Shown here one piece after another: positions 30,601 through 39,743 of a DNA stretch of 64,000 nt. Origin of the DNA: a virus. Positions within the stretch are counted from its first letter, which is position 1. Each line of letters opens with the position of its first letter. The stretch covers positions 1-64,000 of IMG/VR virus record IMGVR_UViG_3300044213_000060; one strand, 5' to 3'. The position numbers were made by a program, and so were the translations under genes. The notes under the pieces are model-generated. The model made no database searches. It saw nothing but the letters and a program-made list of their open reading frames with translations, and was not told where the DNA came from.

Positions 30601-33600
30601 AGAATATCAGGATCGTATAGCCCTGATATATTAAAAACACGTACTAGAGATGTTGTTAACACACAAGACTTGCCGACTGCAGGCTATGTTAACCTAAATG
30701 ATGTTGACGCCACTATTTTTGACATAAGAAACTATGCGGTACTAGATGCGGTTATCAACAACATCCGCGACGGATATAAAATTTGGGCTGCAAAAAGTTT
30801 TGATGGACAATGGAATGTTTATAGATCTTCGGGACTAAACAATACAGTTTTGCAAATGAGCTATACAAACGATAGCCTTGTAAAAGTATATCTAAACCGA
30901 ACACATAATTTGTCCAGTGGTGATGTTGTTGTAATTAAAAACTTTGATTCACGCTTTGATGGTTTTTATCAAGTGTTTGGATCAGATAGTAGTACAACAT
31001 TTTTTGTGGTAATGTACCAAAATCTTGACGTCGTACAAAAATTAAAAACCTTATACGGATCTGGTGTTATATTCCACTTGACCAGTATGCGTATCACACA
31101 ACCTAGTCAAGTACTACAACTTACTCCGCCTACCGGATGGATAAATGGCGACAAAGTTTGGATAGATGGCACGGCCACAACAAATTGGGAAGTCTATAAC
31201 AAAACTGATCCTTGGGCATTTGAACAAACACTATCACTAAATCCAAGTGAATACATCGGTAATGATCAATTTGGTACCAGTGTAAAATTTAATTCAGACT
31301 CTACAGTACTATATAGTGGAAGTCCTAATACTGGAATGGGCCGACTGGCAATATTCCAACGCAGTAGTGCCGATAATTCTTGGTCTTCTGCAGGAACTAT
31401 AGCACCAAACGGAAATGCAACAGTACAGTTTGGACAAGCAGTTGATACTGGTAAGCAAACAGTTGTAGTCGCTGCTCCTGGCAGTAATTCTGGTGCAGGA
31501 TATGTTTATGTTTATAAAGCACAAAGTGCTGGTGTTGGCTTATCACAGATTTTAACCGCACCAAATGTTGCATTAACAAATGCTGGGTTTGGGACTGCAG
31601 TTTCTGTTAGCAAAGACGATCGTTGGATGTACATAAGTTCCCCGGGAGTAGGTGAAGTATATGCTTATGCTAAAGTAAGCCAGCCTATTGTTAATACTAC
31701 TTTCACTGTATACGGCAACGAAGTTACAGCTAACTTATCGTCACAAGGTATCGGTAGTACATTAACAAATGTTGGTGGCAACAGCGGAAACTTTACTGTT
31801 TATAATGGTTTAACTTCTTTAATTCCCGGTAACGATTATACATTTACTGCACATTCTATTAGTCTAACAGCACCTGCAACTCAAAGCAATGCTAGTGTTT
31901 CTGGTACCGGTGTAATAAATCAAGTTTATACATCACCGTTTGTTATTGGACCTGTAAAACGAATTCGTGTTGATAATAATGATGGCTCTGGTAGTATTAT
32001 AAAAACAGAAGGAAACATAGACGCTGGACAAGGCGACTACAGAATTTTTGCAAATAGTTCTTCGATTAGCACAATAGTATTTTCGTCAACTGCAACACCA
32101 ACATTAAATGCAAACATTTATATTGAAAATGGTACAAATTATGTATTTTATCAAAATGATTACTATACTCTAGAACACGTAATTTCTGCAGATCACACAA
32201 CTAGTTTTGGCAGCAGCATAAAGTCTAGTACCGATGGTACACAATTGGCTGTTGGTGCTAAAAAATATTCAGTAAACGGATTTAATGAAGCCGGGGCGGT
32301 ATTTGTATACGGACGCAGCATTGAGAAATTTACCGGATCTGGAACAAACAATAGATTTATTACAAAAGATCCAGTGCCACCAATACACTATGTTGAATTA
32401 AATGGTGTTACACAACGAGAAAACGTTGATTACGCAGTAGTGGCTGGTACAGTAACTTTTGCAGTTCCTCCTACGCCAGGAAGTACAATAAGCGTAGACA
32501 CAAATCAATTTAGATTAATAAATTATTTTACTGATACGGCTCCTAGCGCATACGAACACTATGGAGAATCGGTTGAAATATGCCCACTTGATTGCACAGT
32601 ATACGCAACAGCACCAAGATATAAAACTGCACACTATGTTGAAGGAGCAGTTTTTAGATATACTAACCAAGGAAAAGTCTACGGAACTATTCTTGGAACT
32701 GTACAAAATCCTACAGTAACACCAGGAGACTGGTTCTCTATTAACGGATTTAAAGTTTCTTTTGATGGATCAACACTAGATAGCGTTGTAAAAAATATTA
32801 ACAATGCATCAATACTTGGTGTGCAGGCTAGCAACTTAAATGGATATCTATATATTGAAAGTATTTTGTTAACATCATTTAAGAAATTAGATATTAATCC
32901 TGGCAGTGGGACTGCATTAACTGATTTAGGATTGAATGTTTTTGTTTATACTCAAACAATAACAAATCCTGTGGCAATTAACAATCAAAGATTTGCATCT
33001 GGTATCGCAGTAGCCGATACTGCAGATACAATTTTAGTTTCTAGCAGTGGCTCGACTACATATTTAGATAATACGTTTGATTCAATAACAACAACATTTG
33101 ATAGTGGTGCAACTAAATTTACGCATCCTATACCAAATGCTGGCGCAGTTTACGTGTTTGATCTAATGACAAATACCAGCGCAAGTGCAGCTAATCCAGC
33201 ATTATTTGCTTATACTCAGCAATTAGAAGCACCAAATATTTCCGGTGGAATGAATTTTGGTGCCAGCATGGCGGTAGCCAATAACTATATGGCAATTGGC
33301 AGCAACCTAGACTCTGAATACAAAAATAATGGTGGAGTTGTATCTGTGTTAGCAGGGTCAGGTGTAAAAGGTTGGGAATTGATTAGAAGCCAATCACCTG
33401 CAGTAGATTTAAACAGTCTTGGGCATGCATTTATATACAATAATAAAACACAGCAGATTATTCAACATTTAGATTATATTGATCCTGCTAAAGGTAAGAT
33501 ACTCGGGGCCGCGGAACAATTTATTGACATTAAGTCTGAGTTTGACCCGGCGGTATATAATAGTGCGTTGCGTACCGATGTGGTTAATAAAATAGAATTA

Positions 33601-36600
33601 AATTGGAATAGTCAACAACGTGGACGTACTTGGTGGGACTTGAGTACAATTAGATACGTTGACTATGAACAAGATACAATAACATACAGAAGCAAAAACT
33701 GGGGAAGATTATTTCCAGGATCTGTAGTGACAGTGTACGAATGGGTAGAAAGCAATTACTTACCAAGTCAATATGTGTCAAGCGGTGGTGATGGCACACC
33801 AAAATATCCCGACGATACAGCATACTGTTCTGTGGTACAAGTTAATCCGTCTACAGGAATAGTCACAAGTACATATTATTTCTGGGTAAGCAAAAAAGTT
33901 AATGTTGATTTTATTTCTGATAATGGTAGAAAAATCAGCACAATTGAATTAGAAAACATTATACGTAGTCCCGAAAGTCAGGGTATATCGTACTCGGCGT
34001 TGTTGGCACCTAACGCAATGAATTTATATAATATTTCTGATAAATTAGTTGCCAACGAAGTAGTACTACATCTAGATACAACACAGTTAACAAATACAAA
34101 TATTATTCACAGTGAATATCAATTGATAACAGAGTCATCTGCTGATACTGTGTTTCCAAAACGTATTATTACTAAACTAAGGGATAGTCTTAGTGGATTG
34201 AATTCTACAGGCCAAGTTGTTCCAGATCCTACATTAAAAGCCAGTGATAGATATGGTGTATTGATTAGACCTCGTCAAGGATTGTTTATTAACCGTCAGA
34301 CCGCAGTTGAAAACTTTGTTGACAAAGTCAATCAAGTAATGGCTGCAAACCCTGTTGCGTTACAATACAATATTACTACACTAAAATCAAGTCAACCTGT
34401 ACCAGCTGGCTCTTATGATCTTGCAGTTGATATGTATTCTGAACTCGATTATATCAATCGCTCAACACTATCGGATGGATCCCGCGTATTAGTTAATAGT
34501 GATTCTAACAATAACGGATTATGGGTAATCTACAGTTATGTTGCTGCTGACGATTCGTGGACAGTCAATAGAATTCAAAGTTATAATACTTCGTTGTATT
34601 GGACTTACTCTGACTGGTATGCAGTTGGATTTGATACATCGCGAAAAATTACCAAACAAGTTGCAATATACGCCGACATAAAATTATTATCTTATTCTGC
34701 TGGTGATATTATTAAAGTATTAAACAACGGAAATGGAAACTGGTCATTGTACGAAGTACTTGACAATTTGTCTTTGCAAATTGCCGGGGTACAAAATGGA
34801 ACAGTACAACTATTACCAAGTGTATACAATTTGGCCGAAGGCAGCATGGGATTTGATGCTGATAACTTTGGTATAATCAGATACGATCAGAATCCGTTTA
34901 TTGAGTTAGGATACATCTTTGATGCAATTTATAACGATATATTTGTTGGCGATCTAAGTATAGAATTTAATAATTTATTCTTTACGTTGGTAAATTATAT
35001 CTTTACAGAACAACTAGCACCCGATTGGATATTTAAAACCAGTTTTGCAACAGTAACACACTATTTGCGTACTCTAGCTCAACTGCCAAGTTTTGTTAAT
35101 GATAATCAAACATATTATCAAGATTACATCAACGAAATCAAACCTTATCGTACACAAGTGAGAGAATACCTTCCTGTATACTCTGGCACAGATCAAGCCG
35201 ACGGTCGTATCACAGACTTTGATTTGCCGGTGTATTTTGATACAACATACAACAGGTATCGTCCACTTGATAATGCTAATATTTTTGATGCCAACGTTAT
35301 CGCTACCACGGATGAGTATCAAGATTGGTTGTTAAATTACACCTATAGTGTAACTGAATTGTTGATTGAAAATCCTGGATCTGGATATACAGTTCCTCCT
35401 ATTATTACTATTAGCGGTGGCGGAGGATCTGGGGCAACAGCGATTGCTGAAATTAATTTAGACTTTGGTACAGTCACAAATATTATAATTACAAATCCTG
35501 GGTCAGGATATACAACTACACCTACAGTAACAATTAACGGTAACGGCATTGGTGCTACTGCATATGCAATATTAAATAATGAATATTATTCTACTAGTAC
35601 CGCATCAAGTTACAATAAAGTTAGAAACTTAAACACTACAATTAAATTTGATAGAATAAACTATACAAGTAACGTACAAACTTGGTCTGCAAATACTGCG
35701 TATGCAAACAATGCCATTGTTAGCTATAATGGAGTAGCATACCAGGCAGTATCAGCTTGGAATACATATACAGACACAGTATTTGATCCATCTAAATATA
35801 CAGAACTAACAGGCGACTTCTTTACACAAGCAACAGATAGAATCTCTGCTTACTATCAACCAGCAACAGGTATGCCGGGGCGTGATTTTGCACAGTTAAT
35901 GACTGGTATAGATTATCCTGGTACTGAAGTTAAAGGATTAGAATTTACTGCTAATACACTTAACATATCTTCAAATGTTATAGGTTTTAACTATCAAGGC
36001 ATGACTATAACCAGTGCCAATACTTCTAAAATTGATTTTGTGGCGCTAGGATTCTCTGCGGATAAAACTATTGAAGTACGCGGATTAGTTCCGTTTGCAT
36101 TTGACAATAATGCTAGATATACCATTTTAAGCGTTACATCAAATGCTATGATGCTAACCGGAGCACCTGTAACAACTATTAGTAGTTTAGTATTGTCATC
36201 TAATGTAACAGTTAACGCTGGGGATTTCGTACAACAAACATATAGTCCATCTGGTACCGGATTAGTAACTGCCAATGGTAGAGTGGTTAGCTCAACAACA
36301 AACTCTAATGTTATATCTGTTATTAGTACCAATGAATATGTTGTTTCAAATACCAATTATTTGTTAGTTAACAATGCAAATGTACATGCTACAGTTGCAA
36401 ATGTAATGCCAACTGGAACTGCTGATGTTGAACTAATTTATTTTGATGACGCGAACACTAGTAGACTTGATACTATTATTCAAAGTAGTTATACTGATAC
36501 TGCGTTAGGTACAAGACCTGAAGATATTAATGTTGATGGTGGTGCTTATGTTGATCAATACAATAGTCATGCACCAGAAGAACTAATACCTGGTCGTATG

Positions 36601-37359
36601 TATGATACATTAAGTCTAAAAGTAATGCATGTTGATGGTGGATATTCTTGGGCATGGGAATATTTCTACGATATGAACGGTTCTAGACAGTACTATCGTC
36701 TAAGTGATCAACACTCTACGACGCTTCGTGCCAACTTGAATGTTACAGATTCCAATATTCAAGTGGTAAATGCTGCTAGACTATCTGCACCAAATACTCC
36801 ACTTGCACTTCCTGGTGTAGTCTACATTAACGGTGAAAAAATAACATATTATGGAATTGACTACACAAATAATGTATTAACACAGATACGTAGAGGAGTC
36901 GATGGTACGGGAACACCTCAGCGCCACCTAGTGAATTCAACTGCATTCGACAACAGTCTAACACAAGAAATACCTTGGAATTATGTTAATACTGAATTGT
37001 ACTTAACTGGTACAGGTACTAAAACCGCATTTAACAGTAATGTTGACATTTATGGGGTCACTTCTGTTAAAGTTAATGGAAATATAGTACAAAATTACAA
37101 ATTTGTATCTAATACTATTTCACCAGTTAGTGAGTGGGATATAGAATTTTCAACTGCACCGCCACTAGGAGCAAATATCGCAATTACTAACCAATCAGAA
37201 CGTAGTTTCTTAACCATGACCGGAAATACAATTGTTATTGATTCCCACAGCGGCGGATTTATAGTTGCAAATACAGTTGCTGCAACTTTTATGAAACAAT
37301 ACGGGTTAGCTTCATTCTTGAGTAATACATTCTCGTATACGGATCAAAAAATTAGTTGA
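24625..37359 (+). CDS. Giant (4244 aa) baseplate/tail structural protein
   Basis: Follows the gp6-like gene; FG-GAP-like propeller repeats, NPGSGYT repeats and short carbohydrate-binding-like modules (WQPGTDYQKGDLVKY, WSANTAYANNAIVSY). Confidence 0.7.
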   Translation: MAATRTIQFLPEIFRTDTNQKFLNATLDQLVTEPDFRKINGYIGREFAPSYKSTDNYIAEPSTDRQNYQLEPHVVINNPLTNNLDFYSGYTDVVNKIGYYGGNTTNHNRLFNSEYYTFDGHFDLDKFVNFNNYYWLPYGPDAVPLSSGGVPKTYTYDVTFDSASRSWRFSSNGVENNPNLILEQGGTYTFNIDEPGNQFYIQTKPSQSGMDPAQPNIDITQVLGVENNGTDVGTITFNVPPLDAQTRWTSMPIAGTADFATTLSYAELQGRPVSDIQTALNGIDGYTGNFDLKTVIFIGNYVDDKYWTSLSEFDTDTFDSVFDISGTVPENQRTGIFRINVVNDTYSQPHVLLTPIIAVNNNTKVYVQAGVVYATESFYVDTNNLYQKVPLITAPLTTLYYQSRQYAAAGSISISNTQTSAINPAVDIVGKTNYTSPNGVTLTNGLKVKFDSTATGVYAGNSYYVEGVGSAIVLIDINNTVTPELSDTTTYIGFDATGHGFDFDQFDSTITGALTTDYITINRASQDLNAWSRSNRWFHIDVITSSASYLGNTPVIDQLARAQRPIIEFEANLQLFNYGKVAKLPVDILDTNITNVYTQLEGLPSTKPTSADINVNGTVITIKNNSRIIFSADSNPNVRNKIYRFNIDNKVASVTNPEYICYITEEADSLVEAGHTIIVLSGDSAGLQYYFNGSIWIKAQQKTEVNQPPLIDVVDSNGNSFSDKSIYTNSSFAGTKLFSYSVGTGTVDKVLGFPLSYRNFNNIGDIQFQNNFDLDTFTYLIGSTATSASVNTGLLVKNSGLTSSTNVNLWSKVNSPSKQYQLRKHIYDGANNYFELDVLPNPTTTQPNLKIVVNNTPVALGEYAIVKIVDRYAVAVNSSLMAKGDTVYVQVYSDTPSSLSYYQIPTNLDLNSLNTNFQLLTLGQIRNHLKTVAQNNTGITGQVPGNNNLRDIVYKNTPGTILQHSAPQIYSNLFLVNKNLNFINGLRLAQKEYSKFKNRFLENALKLEIDYTDPVSAVDTILNSINAVKNQTFPWYYSDMVPYGQVKTVLPTYKVLTASIRSYEITSIFNDAELSNSAVLVYLTRIIAGVANKTQLVKDRDYKFDQDKPSITFLDTFDLVYGDEINIVEYTNTDGNYIPETPTKLGLYPKFVPSIFVDNTYLTPTTVIQGHDGSITPAFGDFRDQLLLELELRIYNNLKITYNKNNFNLYDYIPGKFRLTEYNLTEFNRVITQNFLEWVGTNRLDYSSNTTATSTDGFTWNYKGYNDLITGEAMPGSWRAVFKYLFDTDRPHTHPWEMLGFTDKPTWWEERYGPAPYTSGNTVLWSDLSIGYIYSGDRVGFDAQFQRPGLFNFIPVDDQGNLRAPSDFLTKITNTGKIGGSWEIGNMGPTETAWRRSSDYPFAVQYAMALMKPARFFGTLVNIERYRYLTALSQFGNVTTNKHLQPTDIQINGYVNTDGTVVRTAGYINWVRDYLTNLGISNSSSYIKNILLNLNVQLAYHVGGYTDKNYITVLAEQSSPSSINDSIVVPNENYTITLNKSSPTGKISYSAVIVERTNSGYTVTGYNLASPYFTVIPSQVDNNFYTIKSGSASVSVYRNYRPVKVQFNYGTEFTSVQQLADFLVGYQRYLKSQGFVFTNVDPDLQETLDWTVSIKEFLHWSQQGWAPGNVIVLSPVNTKLTAVTKLSVVDEIKNAPYSSKVLDVNFATIKSNNFSIARTGNQFDITSISGQTIAFAELDLVQFEQTIVFDNQTVFNDIIYSPETGNRQYRLKLVGNKTGDWDGSFSIPGFVYNNNQINDWQPGTDYQKGDLVKYKSSYYTAIADTSGSATFVIANWSLIDGATIKSGLLNNFGYNSGKFNRVYDIDNPVEDASLLQFSQGLTGFRSRSYLTDIGVDNDTQAKFYQGFIKQKGTLNAVNAFQGAQFGAITSNIAYNEEWAIRVGEYGALDSNNYIEVVLPETNIHTSPTPIEFIENTAERPYDIQSYNENDVYRISGSYSPDILKTRTRDVVNTQDLPTAGYVNLNDVDATIFDIRNYAVLDAVINNIRDGYKIWAAKSFDGQWNVYRSSGLNNTVLQMSYTNDSLVKVYLNRTHNLSSGDVVVIKNFDSRFDGFYQVFGSDSSTTFFVVMYQNLDVVQKLKTLYGSGVIFHLTSMRITQPSQVLQLTPPTGWINGDKVWIDGTATTNWEVYNKTDPWAFEQTLSLNPSEYIGNDQFGTSVKFNSDSTVLYSGSPNTGMGRLAIFQRSSADNSWSSAGTIAPNGNATVQFGQAVDTGKQTVVVAAPGSNSGAGYVYVYKAQSAGVGLSQILTAPNVALTNAGFGTAVSVSKDDRWMYISSPGVGEVYAYAKVSQPIVNTTFTVYGNEVTANLSSQGIGSTLTNVGGNSGNFTVYNGLTSLIPGNDYTFTAHSISLTAPATQSNASVSGTGVINQVYTSPFVIGPVKRIRVDNNDGSGSIIKTEGNIDAGQGDYRIFANSSSISTIVFSSTATPTLNANIYIENGTNYVFYQNDYYTLEHVISADHTTSFGSSIKSSTDGTQLAVGAKKYSVNGFNEAGAVFVYGRSIEKFTGSGTNNRFITKDPVPPIHYVELNGVTQRENVDYAVVAGTVTFAVPPTPGSTISVDTNQFRLINYFTDTAPSAYEHYGESVEICPLDCTVYATAPRYKTAHYVEGAVFRYTNQGKVYGTILGTVQNPTVTPGDWFSINGFKVSFDGSTLDSVVKNINNASILGVQASNLNGYLYIESILLTSFKKLDINPGSGTALTDLGLNVFVYTQTITNPVAINNQRFASGIAVADTADTILVSSSGSTTYLDNTFDSITTTFDSGATKFTHPIPNAGAVYVFDLMTNTSASAANPALFAYTQQLEAPNISGGMNFGASMAVANNYMAIGSNLDSEYKNNGGVVSVLAGSGVKGWELIRSQSPAVDLNSLGHAFIYNNKTQQIIQHLDYIDPAKGKILGAAEQFIDIKSEFDPAVYNSALRTDVVNKIELNWNSQQRGRTWWDLSTIRYVDYEQDTITYRSKNWGRLFPGSVVTVYEWVESNYLPSQYVSSGGDGTPKYPDDTAYCSVVQVNPSTGIVTSTYYFWVSKKVNVDFISDNGRKISTIELENIIRSPESQGISYSALLAPNAMNLYNISDKLVANEVVLHLDTTQLTNTNIIHSEYQLITESSADTVFPKRIITKLRDSLSGLNSTGQVVPDPTLKASDRYGVLIRPRQGLFINRQTAVENFVDKVNQVMAANPVALQYNITTLKSSQPVPAGSYDLAVDMYSELDYINRSTLSDGSRVLVNSDSNNNGLWVIYSYVAADDSWTVNRIQSYNTSLYWTYSDWYAVGFDTSRKITKQVAIYADIKLLSYSAGDIIKVLNNGNGNWSLYEVLDNLSLQIAGVQNGTVQLLPSVYNLAEGSMGFDADNFGIIRYDQNPFIELGYIFDAIYNDIFVGDLSIEFNNLFFTLVNYIFTEQLAPDWIFKTSFATVTHYLRTLAQLPSFVNDNQTYYQDYINEIKPYRTQVREYLPVYSGTDQADGRITDFDLPVYFDTTYNRYRPLDNANIFDANVIATTDEYQDWLLNYTYSVTELLIENPGSGYTVPPIITISGGGGSGATAIAEINLDFGTVTNIIITNPGSGYTTTPTVTINGNGIGATAYAILNNEYYSTSTASSYNKVRNLNTTIKFDRINYTSNVQTWSANTAYANNAIVSYNGVAYQAVSAWNTYTDTVFDPSKYTELTGDFFTQATDRISAYYQPATGMPGRDFAQLMTGIDYPGTEVKGLEFTANTLNISSNVIGFNYQGMTITSANTSKIDFVALGFSADKTIEVRGLVPFAFDNNARYTILSVTSNAMMLTGAPVTTISSLVLSSNVTVNAGDFVQQTYSPSGTGLVTANGRVVSSTTNSNVISVISTNEYVVSNTNYLLVNNANVHATVANVMPTGTADVELIYFDDANTSRLDTIIQSSYTDTALGTRPEDINVDGGAYVDQYNSHAPEELIPGRMYDTLSLKVMHVDGGYSWAWEYFYDMNGSRQYYRLSDQHSTTLRANLNVTDSNIQVVNAARLSAPNTPLALPGVVYINGEKITYYGIDYTNNVLTQIRRGVDGTGTPQRHLVNSTAFDNSLTQEIPWNYVNTELYLTGTGTKTAFNSNVDIYGVTSVKVNGNIVQNYKFVSNTISPVSEWDIEFSTAPPLGANIAITNQSERSFLTMTGNTIVIDSHSGGFIVANTVAATFMKQYGLASFLSNTFSYTDQKIS

Positions 37360-37386
37360 TAGGATTTAACCCGATAAAATGAACAC

Positions 37387-37394
37387 GATAAATA
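37387..37394 (+). promoter_or_regulatory. Putative late promoter (GATAAATA), leaderless
   Basis: 5 nt before the ATG at 37400. Confidence 0.5.
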
Positions 37395-37399
37395 ATAAT

Positions 37400-38050
37400 A
37401 TGAACAACAACGAACAATCACAAACCGTTGACGAAGCAGGTGCTTTATATGTCCGCGGGCATATTAAAATATTTGATCCCGAATCCGGGGAAGTGTTTGT
37501 TAACAAAACAAATGCCATTCACTACGAAAATATCAGTGAAGCTATTGCTTACTGTTTGGCCAATAAAGGACAAAGTTATATATTTGAAATGAATTTTGGT
37601 AATGGTGGAACAAGTATTGATCCAACTGGTATTATTACATATCTACCACCAAATACAAATACTCAAAATGCTACGTTGTATAATGCTACATTTACTAAAA
37701 TTGTAGATGACACCAGCAGTTATAATCCTGACCCGGCAAGAAACAAGATACAAATACGTCATATTCCTGGAAATATCTACAGTGACATAGTTGTTACCTG
37801 TTTAATTGACTACGGCGAGCCTAGTACACAAAGTGCCTTTGATACAAGCACAACACTTAATGATACATTCACGTTTGATGAATTGGGACTAAGAGCTAGA
37901 AGTACAGACGGCACTATTGGACTTGCTAGTACCGGTAAATTATTGACACACGTAATCTTTCATCCTGTACAAAAAAGTTTAAATCGTTTAATTCAAATTG
38001 ACTATACAGTCCGTATTCAAACTCTAACAAATTTGAGTTCACTGGGGTAA
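37400..38050 (+). CDS. Virion structural protein (baseplate/fibre attachment)
   Basis: GHIKIFD...NAIHYEN...FDELGL...THVIFHPVQKSLNR; start placed at the second Met, after the promoter motif. Confidence 0.6.
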   Translation: MNNNEQSQTVDEAGALYVRGHIKIFDPESGEVFVNKTNAIHYENISEAIAYCLANKGQSYIFEMNFGNGGTSIDPTGIITYLPPNTNTQNATLYNATFTKIVDDTSSYNPDPARNKIQIRHIPGNIYSDIVVTCLIDYGEPSTQSAFDTSTTLNDTFTFDELGLRARSTDGTIGLASTGKLLTHVIFHPVQKSLNRLIQIDYTVRIQTLTNLSSLG

Positions 38051-38053
38051 TCA

Positions 38054-39742
38054 ATGAGTTATCAAATTAACAAAAGCAACGGTGATAGTATTATAGTATT
38101 AGATGGTACTAAAGATACCACCAGCACAAGTTTGACTCTTATTGGTCGCAAAAGTTTAAATTATGGGCAGTATGAAAATCAAAATTTTGTAAGACTGTTA
38201 GAAAATTTTGCATATACATTACCACCGGTAAATGCTATAACTGGACAACTTTGGTATAATACTTCTAATCAGACATTAAATTTATATAATACGCAAACTT
38301 GGAAACCATTGGCAACAGAAGAATTTGTTGCCAACTTATTTTCAAATAGTACAGAGTTAGCCAATGTAGTAGTAACAAATTATGTAACAACATATGGTTA
38401 TTCTGATTCTAATGTTGCTGCATATATACCAACTGATCCTAGTTTTACAATTTTACAAGCTAATGTTGCAGCTCTTTCTCTAGGATTAACGGCTGCAAAT
38501 GCTTATTCGGTATCTACAAATGCAACAACGCAGGCAGCGATTACAAGTTTAAATTCATTTATTAGTGTAGTTAACACCCAATTAAATTCATCAATTTCTA
38601 GTATATCTGCAAATATTGGTGCATTTGAAACGTATGCTAATATTAGTTTTGATACAAAATCAACTACAAACTCTATACAAGCAAACATTGGTGCATTTGA
38701 AACTTATGCTAATTTACAGTTTTTGTTAGTTCAAGGAAATACCGCAACTATAACAAATCAACTTGTTTCATATGAATTGTATGCAAATGCACAAATGTCA
38801 TCGATCCAAGGCTATGTGAATTCTGTTAATTCTAATGTTGGTACTCTTGCATCTAATTTAACTACATTTGAAACTTATGCTAATTTAGCATTTGGCCCCA
38901 GTTCGCCAAGTTCATATAGTAATAGTAATGTAGCCGCATATTTGCCAACTGATCCTACTATTAAATCTATACAGGCAAACATTGGTGCATTTGAAAATTA
39001 CGCCAACACAACATTTACTGTAAGTAGTTATAACAATAGTAATGTAGCATCTTACCTGCCATCTGATCCTACTATTACAACAATACAAGCAAACATTGGT
39101 GCATTTGAAACGTATGCTAATACTCAAATACGAACTCAATCAAATCTCATATCAAACATAAATGCCAATATTGGTGCATTTGAAACTTATGCTAATGCTA
39201 CGTTTTCAACAAGTGGCGGAAGTAGTTATGGCAATACAAATGTAGCTGCATATTTGCCATCGTACACAGGAAATGTATCTGCTAATTATGTTACTGCAAA
39301 TAGATTTAACTTTGCAAATGGTGTAAACATACTAAGCACAGTTAGCGGCGGCAGTGGCGCACTACCATCACGAACAACAGTAACAGTTAGTACTGGAAAT
39401 TTATCTGCGGGTGCAAGTGCAAATATTAATGTTGCTGGATATAAAGGCTATGCCTTATATGCAATATCAACAACTGCTAACGCATGGGTAACAGTCTACT
39501 CATCAAACAGTTCTTTATCTAGTGATTATAGTAGAAGTATCACAACTGATCCATCGCCTGGATCAGGGGTAATAGCAGAAATGATTTCTACAACAGGTTC
39601 TGCAACACAATATTTTACTCCGGCAGTTGTTGGGTTTAATACCGAATCACCGGTTACTACTAACATTCCTATCAAAGTATATAATAATGGGGGCACTGGT
39701 ACTATATCAGTAACGTTAACATTATTACAAACGGAAAGCTAA
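38054..39742 (+). CDS. Tail fibre-like protein with coiled-coil repeats
   Basis: N-terminus (TSLTLIG...YG...NENF..LLENFA...GQLW) shared with 41633; repeats ANIGAFETYAN and YSNSNVAAYLP. Confidence 0.7.
   Translation: MSYQINKSNGDSIIVLDGTKDTTSTSLTLIGRKSLNYGQYENQNFVRLLENFAYTLPPVNAITGQLWYNTSNQTLNLYNTQTWKPLATEEFVANLFSNSTELANVVVTNYVTTYGYSDSNVAAYIPTDPSFTILQANVAALSLGLTAANAYSVSTNATTQAAITSLNSFISVVNTQLNSSISSISANIGAFETYANISFDTKSTTNSIQANIGAFETYANLQFLLVQGNTATITNQLVSYELYANAQMSSIQGYVNSVNSNVGTLASNLTTFETYANLAFGPSSPSSYSNSNVAAYLPTDPTIKSIQANIGAFENYANTTFTVSSYNNSNVASYLPSDPTITTIQANIGAFETYANTQIRTQSNLISNINANIGAFETYANATFSTSGGSSYGNTNVAAYLPSYTGNVSANYVTANRFNFANGVNILSTVSGGSGALPSRTTVTVSTGNLSAGASANINVAGYKGYALYAISTTANAWVTVYSSNSSLSSDYSRSITTDPSPGSGVIAEMISTTGSATQYFTPAVVGFNTESPVTTNIPIKVYNNGGTGTISVTLTLLQTES
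38607..39260 (+). repeat. Coding repeat gcaaayattggtgcatttgaaacntatgctaa (ANIGAFETYAN) with YxNxNVAxYLP spacers
   Basis: Five near-exact copies plus degenerate copies are visible in DNA and protein. Confidence 0.85.
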
Positions 39743-39743
39743 T

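Noticed and set aside
38607-39260. ~30-nt direct repeats resembling a CRISPR array
   Set aside because: In-frame coding repeats with synonymous variation and irregular spacing; no cas genes.
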